From positions 5,022,001 through 5,086,000 of the forward strand of contig OZ024755.1 in the NCBI GenBank assembly GCA_964016885.1: a DNA stretch of 64,000 nt, read 5' to 3'. Shown here piece after piece: positions 54,144 through 64,000 of the stretch; the stretch's first letter is position 1; the number at the start of each line of letters is the position of its first letter. The stretch is from Eledone cirrhosa. Lineage: Eukaryota. The position numbers and the translations under genes are program-made. The notes under the pieces were generated by a model. That model saw only the letters and a list, made by a program, of their open reading frames with translations. It did no database searches and had not been told where the DNA came from.

Positions 54144-57100
54144 TTGTTATCTAACAACTGCTGCATAAGACATCTAAAGCATTATTACCCTTTTTATCAC
54201 CTTCACCTGAGTTCCACCATCTGTGAACCTGCAGTAGTAACCTTACAGCATTTAATTTCATTCCGTCCTCAGTTTAAATTTCGCTCAAGTTCCACTTTAA
54301 CTATTTTACAATCTACATTATTGGTTTATAAAATAAAAACTTATCAATGGAAGCCTCTACGTAGTCGTTAGAGCTGCTAAAAATCGCAGCCAAATTTGTC
54401 TCTACGTGGTCGTTAGACGTACCAAAAATCGCAACCGAATTTGCTCTACGTGGTCGTTAGAGCTGCTAAAAATCGCAGCCAAATATGCCTCTACGCGGTA
54501 GTTCGATCTGCTAAAAGTCGCAGCCAAATTTCCCCCCCAAATCACTCATTGAAAAAGGATAATGTCATGCATATACAAAAAGTTTATCATATGCGACCTA
54601 GGGCGAAACAGCAAAACATCCCCCACTACACGACAAATATTTGGCTCTGCAATCTTGTTGAACCCCCATATCCCATTAACGAACATCACTAATACCATTT
54701 AATGAGGACTGAAGATCACCCCCTCGTTTCATTAGATTCAGGTATTGTCAAAAAACCAAACCCTAAATTATGTAAGATCAATAAATCACTCAAGAGGGTA
54801 AAAAAGCAATGTACAGAGTGAACAGAAAAGTTTTAAAACTTCCCTTTCAAAATATATTTCGTTTAATTTTTTAAAAAGTATTATTATATAACAAGTAGAA
54901 TATCTTTTATTTAAAATATTGATTAAAATCGATAATAAAACTTGAAATAATTAAATATATATAGCAGTTTACACGAAATCAGTGTGAAATATGTAAGATG
55001 TTGGGAAAGCTAGTACAATGTAGATAGAAATATATATAAGGTGGTACTGCGGTAAAAGGATGGCAAAAATATCTTTTTTACCCAATACATTTCTTCGTGA
55101 TATTCCAAAGTGAAGAAAGACCTTTTTTTGAAACGAATGACGAAAAACACATTTATAAGGAGGCGTTTTCTTCTGAACTTTTCCTGTTAAATCCATATTT
55201 TATTGATAGTAGTAAATAAACTACTTTGTTTAGTTTTGGTGATGAATTCTAAAAATAAACCACAAAACCGTCTGTGATCGCTGTTACCTCATTTAATTGT
55301 AATTTTCTAATTTTAAATTAACACACAACACCCCCCGCCCCCTATGTTGCTGGAACCAATTGAAAATATATTTAAATACTGTATCATTTTATATTTATTG
55401 TTCAAATAGATTAAATGTGGATGTGGATGACCTTGACTTTGCGAAAGCTTTCAATTCTGTGCCACACAAAAAGCTTATGGCAAAACTCTCTGCAATGGGT
55501 GTGAAGGATGATCTTTTTAACTGGTTGAAGACCTTCATTCTCAGTCGAAGAGAGGTAGTCACGGTTCTGGGACAGCATTCCTCACCATATGAGATGTCAT
55601 CTGGTGTACCACAGGGATCTGTTCTTGGCCCCCCTTTTGTTTGTGGCATATATTAATGACATAGATGCCAACTTAAAGAATGCCACAGTACTAAAGTACG
55701 CAGATGACATCAAGCTGTACCTTGAGATAAAAAGGATAGATCCTGAACACTATAGATCTTGCTTGCAGTCTGACCTGGACACACTGCAACAATGGATCTC
55801 AGACTGGCAACTCAAGCTAGCTGTGGACAAGTGCACCACCATGCATTTTGGGAGTAAAAACCCAGCGTCCACATACTCCCTCCACAGCACTAATATCAAG
55901 AAATCTTCTTGTGAACGTGACCTGGGCATTACGGTCAGCAGCAATTTGCGTTGGACGAAGCACGTCTCTAAAATTGTCAAGAGGGCCGAGGGTGTCTTAG
56001 CATCACCCAGCAAGACCTTTGTCAGCCGCTCTCCAGCTATCTATTTAAGGCTGTACATGGCTATGGTGCGGCCACACTTAGAATTTGCATCACCAGTCTG
56101 GAACCCCTATCTTGCTCAGAACATTGACCGCCTGGAAACTGTTCAGAGACGTGCAACCAAGCGAATACCCTCCATCAGGCATCTACCATACTCTGAGCGC
56201 CTTGCTTCCCTGGGCATGGATACATTGAAGCTCCGACGCCTGGCAACTGACTTGGTAAACACCCACAAAATTGTTAACCATCTTACCAACAACAACAACC
56301 CTGAGTACCTTTTTGATTTCCATGTGTCTAACACACGTGGGCATGCCCACAAAGTCAGAAAACAGTACAGTTCCCATGACTTTCGGAAACATGTTTTCAC
56401 GCTCAGAGTTGCTGAAGCATGGAACAAACTACCTGCATCGGTTGTTAGCTGTCGAGACACTGCATCCTTTAAGGCCTCCATGCTTCCCGAGATTCGCCAA
56501 CACTACACCTAATGTTCCCCCTCCATACACATACACACATGTATATCATGACTCATACACTATTCACTTCCCTGACATTTGTGTATTATTCTATGTACTA
56601 TACATGCACCTTTGACGAGTTGTAGTGCACCTGAGCACTTTACACAATAATTTCATTATTATTATTAATAGCATAATACATTGTTTTATAGATTTAGTTC
56701 TTCATACAAACTTTAAATTTAAAATTCATGGTAATTTTGACACCAGGTGTTCTGATAATTACAGGTAGCTTTTTTTTTTTTACAGCAGGTGTTCTGATAC
56801 AATAAATATAACTAACTACTAGTTTAAATAGATTTTGATTCGAACTTTTCTGTTCCCCGATTAAAAAAATAAAAAAATTCCCTCACTTTTTCAAATGGAT
56901 GTAGAATCTATCAAATGAGTGTATATGTTTTCTTTACTTATTCAAGTATGTGTGTAGGATAAATGAAGGTTAGGAGAGGAGGGGATGGCTAATAAAATGA
57001 TTTCATCAAGAAACTCTAAGATGATGGTAAAGCTATTGTTTATCTTATTCAACCCTATTTTAATGAAATATAAACAAAAATAGTTGACACGTCAAGTAAA

Positions 57101-60100
57101 TCGAGAACATCGAAATACTGACCTTAGTCCTTATAATAAGTACATTTATCTCGAGGCAGATCGATCTGTTATGCACGAGTAGCAAAATGGTTTCTGTGCC
57201 GGTTGTTAACTTTTGTTTATTGACCATAAAACGATATTATTGTAAATAGATTATACGACACAGTTTATTAGTTCATCGGATATTTTATAATGGATACACC
57301 GGTGCCACAGCTGTTAATATATGTAAAGTAAGTGACACACGGTGCTAAGATAGTCGTAAGCCGGTGCTGTAATTTTATTATGCACTTTTTATTTTAGGCC
57401 TTTCATATTTTCTAGGTCGATGAATAAAGTACCAGTACTGGGATAAATTCTTCCTGTCTCTTTCTTATCTATTTCTCTCTTTTTTCTTTCCCTCTTTCTC
57501 TTTATCTTTTGCTCTTATTTCTTTCTCTCTCCCCCTCTCTCTCTCTCTCTACGAGAGTTAAAAGCCCTTTAGCTTATTTATTTTTTTTTTTTTAAATGTT
57601 GTTTTAGGAGGCCAGGTAAACCTACAATAGGTGTGCCCCGTTAGTTTCCTTTCCTTATGTAATATAGTGTATTAAAGGGTCAGAGGTAAATATATATACG
57701 TATATATACATACATACACACACACATATACACACACCCACCCACCCACACATACATACATGCATATATATATATATATTCAGATCTAAATGATAGGGGT
57801 GTGTCACAAGCATATAACCTCCCTCTAACCCCTAAAAACTTCATAAATCACCCTGTACCCCTTCTTCCCTTCCCTCATTAGCATATGTAACCATTGTGTT
57901 ACTTGCCAATGGGGAGAATAAAGAAAAATTGAAGGAAAGGGTTTAGTAATCCTTAACACAGCTAATGTTCTGCCTGAGTTACTCAACTGTAAAACATGAC
58001 ACATGGTTGACTGGGCAAGAGAGAAATATTGGAAGGAAAGAGACTCCTTAGCTGTAAATTATTTTTTACTGCTAAAATGGGAGAGGGCAGAAATCATTGT
58101 TTCCCAACCATTTTTATCAAAGACACCCCTCCCTCAGTACACACATACACCACCACCACCACCACCACCACCATACACACATAGATACTGCCCCCCCCCC
58201 CCCACTACCACCACCACCATCATCACACACACTCGGATACTGCCCCCCCCCCACATCACTACCACACCACACATGAAAAATAATCTTTTACTTTTTAACA
58301 ATATAGTTTTTATATTTTTTTTCATCATTTCAGTATTATGTTCAGAAACCATTGAGAATCGAATCAAGAATAGCAATGCTTATACTTTGGCACAGAACTA
58401 CCGTCGATATGGCCACAAGCTTGCTAAACTTGATCCACTTGGACTTACAGAAACACAGTAAGTTTTCTAGCGGTGTCATTCATTTTTCCGTTTACTTCTC
58501 AGAGATATAAGTGTGTGTGGTTTTGTATGATGCACTGATTATGAAGGTAGGTTGTGTAGGTTTAGCTGGCCTTCCTCAATAGGTGGCTCCTCAGGTGTTT
58601 TAATGATACGAACCTCCAGTCTTATCATGTAGGTTTTGCTGGCCTCCTACAAGGTTGCATCTCAAAGGAGGTTACTTGGATGTTTTAATGATAAGGGCTT
58701 GAATCCTATCATGTTGTTTCCACAGCTCACACCCATGTTGGTTTAGCTGGCTTTCTACATGGTTGTATCTCGTAGGCAGTTTCCCCAGGGATAGGGGCTC
58801 CAGTCCTATTATGAAAAGACCCACCCCACTCTGGAACAAACTCCAGTCCATAGCAGAGATTAACTCCCAGCTGTCACTGCTGCTAGTACTACCTTTTTTC
58901 CAGCTGAGAGGACTGGAGCAACATAAAAATGAAGTGTCTTGCTGAAGGACACAGTGTGACATCTGGTTCAGAATTCAAACCCACGAATTTATGTTTGTGA
59001 GTCCAACACCCTAACCACTTGGCCTAAGATACAACAACGAAGGGTCAATAACAAAAGGTCAATTTTGAGTCATAGTTTATTTTATCTTGTCTTTATTTGC
59101 AGGAATATTCAACAACTCGATCCCTCACGTTATGGCTTCTCTGAAGAAAACCAAACTACCGACATCAATGTTAAAGGGATCCTGCACTGTGGATATGGCT
59201 ACCAGTCCCCTAAAGAATTCATAGGAAATCTCCAAAAACAATACTGTGGACATATTGGTGCTGAGTTTGATCATTTAGAGGTGGGGTTACACAATTACAC
59301 CATGTTGTCTGTCTGTTTCTGTATCTGTCTAATGTAACTTTAGTTTGTATTGACTGTTGTAGTGGGGTCTTCATAATACTGAGTAGCAGTTGTTGTTGTT
59401 GCTTAACCCTCAAGCTAGCTCTGATCAGGTAGATTCCATCTTGTTTTTTTCTCAGTCACAATGCATCTAGGATCACATTATTGAATACAGTGGAACCTTG
59501 GTTCACGAATATCTCTCATCACCCTCTCCCCTTCCCCCTCCCTTTCTTCTGTGGCCCTAGAGTCCTTGCTCTTCTCCTTTTCATCTCACTTATGGTTTAT
59601 AGTCCTTTCCTCTACTTTCCCACACAGCCAGATCTGCCCTTCTTTACCCCTTCCCTATTTCTAATGTTTACCCCTTCCCTATTTCTAATGTTTTTTATAC
59701 AATTGTAAATAAAGTTTCATTTGTTAGTGTGCTGAAAATTCCTATTTTCTCTTCTAGAATGAAGTGGAACGAGAATGGTTTGCTCATGCTTTTGAAACCA
59801 GAGATTCTATTGAGGTGCCTGTTGAACGCCAGATATCTCTGGCCAAGTTGATGCTTCGTTGTCAGGTATAATATTAGAAATTCTGCTGATCTTTCAACCA
59901 TTTATTATTAGTTTAATGTTTCCTATGTTTTGATACAAAACTGTTTATTTTAATGTGTTTATATTTATCTAAAAACCTTCCATCACAGTTTTTTGAAAGA
60001 ACCTTTGTTAAGTTATGCTCCAAACACCAACTTTATATATTGTCAGGCATTCAACCATTGGCAGTGTCTTTCATTGGAAATATGGTAATGAAAGGGTTAA

Positions 60101-63100
60101 AATGTGTAAATTCTTATTTTCAGTGTCTTTATTAGAAATATGGTAATGAAAGAATTGATATGTGTAAGTTTTTATTGTCAGGCATTTGACCAATTCCTTG
60201 CTTCCAAGTTCACAACTGTCAAAAGATATGGAGGAGAAGGATGTGAAAGTATGATGGCAGTTTTTGATGAAATATTTTCGAGATCAGCTCAATGTAAGTT
60301 ATATTTTCTCCATTCTTTCAACTCTTTGTTCCAAAACAATAAGTTTGGTGAGGGATAAACATGAAGGCTAGTGGGTTAGGGTGTTGGACTTACGATTGTA
60401 ATGTCATGGGTTTAATTCCTGGGCTCCAGTATACTCAGCTGAAAATGAGTACCACCAATAGCTGGGGGTTTAATCCTGCGATGGACTGGTGTCCTGTCCA
60501 GGGAGGAGTCTTGTACTCTCAGTTGCTTCACGCCATGAAACAAAGATAAACAATAGACTTTAGCACTCATTATGAAAACTGACAGAGGTTCATTCCAGTT
60601 GTATACTGCTGGTTATTGTGTGAATAAAATAAAATAAGGTAATTAATCTAAATGTAATTACAAACCTCCATATTCCTTCTTCTTCCAGATGATGTCACAG
60701 ATATAGTGATGTGTATGCCACATCGTGGTCGACTCAACTTTCTGACTACAATGCTTGATTTCTCTCCTGTGCGAATGTTCCGGAAGGTATGTCTCCTTTC
60801 TACATCTTTGTCCTAAATTACTTTTGTTATTTCTACCCCAATTCTTCATAAATAGTTGTAACTTAAAGTCTTGCTGCCATGAGTGACATCCAACCATAAA
60901 ACATAGCTTCAAAAAGAACCCTGTGATAAGTATAAAGTCTGTTATGGGGCTTGCAAAGCTAACCCCTGCTTTAGCAGGGAAAATGGCCTTAAAGCACTCG
61001 TGTCATTGTATTGTACATAAATTTTCTCTAAAGTGTAAATTTGACTTTATTTTATTAATGTATAGTGGTGATGGAGGAGGAGATGAAAGCCAGGGTGGTG
61101 GTGAGGGAGAATATACAAAGGATAGGACAAACTGGAGAAACTTGTCATGAGGCCTGCTTTAGCCTGAAAATAGCATTAAATTACTTGTGTTGTTGGTTAA
61201 CTATAATAAAATATGTTTGACTCTCCTAAACTATTTTCTTGTAGATGAAAGGTCTGACAGAATTACCTCCCAATGCCAAAGGAAGTGGTGATGTTTTATC
61301 TCATTTATGTAAGTTAATTTTTCTAATTTTTTTGCTTACAGTTTCTTATTAATGAAGACATAGCTGTGACTGTGTTGTTAAGAAGTTCACTTCACAGCCA
61401 TGTGGTCGTAGGTTCTTCTTACTAAATGGCACCTTGAGCAAGTGTCTTCTTCTATAGCCATAGCCTCAGGTCAACCAATGTCTTGTAGGGGAAATTGGGG
61501 AGACAACTGTTTGACAAGAAACTAATTGCAACTATTTAATACAAGGCGTTGGTCAGCCAAATGGCATCGGTGTCACACAGTGGGATTGAACCCGACACCG
61601 CATAATTGTGAAGCTAACATTTTAGTCAAGCTAGACAGCTAAAAATATCTGGTTTAAAATATGTACACCCTCTTCCTCTCTGCTTGGTTTAAATATGGCC
61701 AAAAAACATATGTCAAAACAGCACCCTATGATTCCCTCAGGAGTTACGGGATCACACGGCACCACACACCACGACACCTTATTCCTGTATGTTGGAAGAG
61801 GTGAATAAAAGAGTTGGTATCAGGAAAGGGATCCAACCGCAAAACATTGCCTTAAAAAAGACCCCATGATGAGTACAAGGCCTGTCATGGCTTCTGCAAG
61901 GCTAAGTTCTATTTTAGCCGGGAAAATGTCCTTAAAAAGATTGTTTTATATTTGAATGAAAAGTATTGATATCTGTTTAACTTTATATTTCCAGATACTT
62001 CCAAAGATCTGAAGTATGGTGATAAAACTGTTCATTTGTCTCTCATTCCCAATCCGTCTCATTTAGAGGTAAGTTATTTAGCTCCAAGTATTATTTATTA
62101 AATGATAATAATTGTTTCTACTTTTGGCACAAGACCAGCAATAACCCAGTGCATTACTGGTACTTTTATTTTATCGATCTCGTGAGGATGAAAGGCAAAG
62201 TTAACCTTGGCAGGATTTGAACTCAAAACATAAAGGGACGTAACTATGCTGGAAAGCATAGCGTCCAACCCTCTACCGATACTTTATTAAATAATGATGA
62301 TGATGACAGCAGACCTCCAAATACCATTCTCTATTTTGTCTGATGTATGGTGTTTGTGGGGATTGACACATCAATTGGAAGACATTTTATTTTCTTTGTG
62401 GTCATTGATTCTAATTATAATTATTAAAATTATTGTTTACTGTTGTCAAAATCTTGATTTTTGTTTCTATTTAACAGGCTAATAATCCTGTGGCTGTTGG
62501 TAAGACACGTGCAAAACTTCAATCTCAGAAAACAGGAGACTATGGTGAAGATAGTTTAACTCCAAACAGAGATAATGTACTTTGTTTTCAAGTACATGGT
62601 GATGCTTCCTTCTCAGCTCAGGTTCTTTCAGTTTAATTTTTTAATGTACTCCTTCATTCCATCATCAGTTATTTTCTCATCTTTCACTCTTTTATTATTA
62701 TTATTATTAGTAGTAGTAGTTGTTATAATAAAGTACCAGTAATACACTGAGGGTGATATAGTTTACTTTCCCCTCCCCTCAAAATTGTTGGCCTTGTACC
62801 TAATTCAGAAAGCATTATTATTATTATTGGGAGAGGGCGTTTGCTTTAGCGGTCAGTGTGACCATGGCTTTTGTGGGCTTTCTCCACAAGTAACCCTCGG
62901 GGGGTCTCCCCCACCCTATTAAGGAATTTGTTTTTGTTTCTATTTTTTTGTTACATCTTTTCTTATTGTTACTGTGTTTCCTTTTATACATGCAGAAACC
63001 CCCATTTGTACCTTCCTGTACCATCCTTAATGTTTTCCTTTATGTAAACCCTTCTGGTTAATAAAGAAATCATCATTATCATTATTATTATTTCATTGGT

Positions 63101-63762
63101 GCTTACATTACCATTTCAGGGTATTATCAGTGAAACGTTCAGTTTTGCAGAGTGTGCCCATTATACTGTTGGTGGCAGTATACATCTGATAGTTAATAAC
63201 CAAATTGGTTTCACAACTCAAGCTGAAAGAGGAAGGTAAGACATCATGAGATTTACATTGATCTTTATTATTATTACCAAATAGTTGGGCGGTGGATTGG
63301 TAGTATCAGTAGAGCGTCAGACACCATGCTTTGCAGCATAGAGTTATGGCCCTGGACATTCTGAGTTCAAAACTCGCCGAGGTTAATTGCCTTTCATCCT
63401 TACGGGGTCGATAAAATAAAGTACCAGTAATACACTGGGGTAATTGCTGGCCTTGTGCCAAAAGTAGAAACAATTATTACCAGATAGTTCTGGTGCCATG
63501 ATAAAATGCACCCAGTACACTCTGTAAAGTGGTAGTGCTGGTACAATGATATAATGCACTCTTGTATGGTTATTGGTCTTAGAAAGGGCATCCAGCCAAA
63601 GAAACCATGCAAAATATAGTATGTATAAGCAAGATTAAATCTCTCTGACTCTAAAATATATCTTCTCTGTATTTCTATTGTTTCAGATCCTCCATGTATT
63701 GTTCAGACCAGGCCAAAATAAATGGCTATCCGGTACTTCATGTGAATGCAGACGACCCAAAA
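52799..63762 (+). CDS. DHTKD1: Mitochondrial 2-oxoadipate dehydrogenase E1 component, first 11 exons; gene continues beyond the right edge
   Basis: Exons 52799-52931, 58334-58457, 59103-59280, 59758-59865, 60182-60293, 60689-60786, 61245-61308, 61995-62068, 62478-62621, 63120-63235, 63687-63762, GT-AG and in phase. Arg/Leu-rich presequence then [76 protein letters not shown]. Confidence 0.93.
54355..54530. repeat. Tandem repeat, unit about 43 bp, 4 copies
   Basis: ctctacgtggtcgttagagctgctaaaaatcgcagccaaat repeated. Confidence 0.85.
55420..56668 (+). mobile_element. 5'-truncated CR1-group LINE (RT domain plus 3' UTR) in DHTKD1 intron 1
   Basis: [23 protein letters not shown], one frameshift near 55630, then [33 protein letters not shown], stop at 56512 and a (TTA)n tail. 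Confidence 0.92.
63288..63478 (+). mobile_element. Nin-domain-like SINE; copies at about 34695-34810, 37430-37590 (-), 40195-40372, 51175-51375, 62110-62285 (-)
   Basis: gagttcaaa...gccgaggttaa...gcctttcatccttacggggtcgataaaataaagtaccag recurs across the window. Confidence 0.75.
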
Positions 63763-64000
63763 GTATGTCATGAAACGTGAAATTACTATTTAATCTTGTT
63801 TTGTTATAGTGTAGGGTTAAGAGGACCGTTTTCTGCTTTGCTGAGGCCACAATGACCTCTCTAATGCTGGTGCCATGATAAAATGTACCCAGTATACTCT
63901 GGAAGTGGTAAGGATGGTGCTATCATAAAATATATCTAGTACACTCTGTAAAATGGTAATACTGATACCACAATAAGATGTACCCATCATACACTATATA

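Overview
AT-rich, intron-rich animal DNA with many microsatellites and SINEs. The repeat families suggest a coleoid cephalopod, probably Octopus (inference). Four protein-coding genes can be spliced by hand with GT-AG junctions and consistent reading frame: DIPK2A/C3orf58 (minus strand, runs off the left edge), NEK4 (minus, 16 coding exons, complete), a PAQR5/mPR-gamma-like receptor (minus, one coding exon) and DHTKD1 (plus, first 11 exons, runs off the right edge). The rest is SINEs (CORE-, Meta-, Nin- and V-domain-like), LINE fragments (CR1-group, RTE), DNA-transposon MITEs and minisatellites. The most striking signal is a set of short non-coding elements inside (TA)n tracts that share one layout: (TA)n - inverted copy - short loop - sense copy - unpaired 40-85 nt tail - (TA)n. 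Several contain minimal type-I hammerhead ribozyme motifs, one with a compensatory U3-A8 core. Two more solo hammerheads were found, one next to a decayed GIY-YIG-like stretch. This fits remnants or non-autonomous derivatives of microsatellite-targeting Penelope-like retroelements. Most short ORFs in the supplied track are low-complexity artefacts. Coordinates were counted by hand, and repeat boundaries are approximate.
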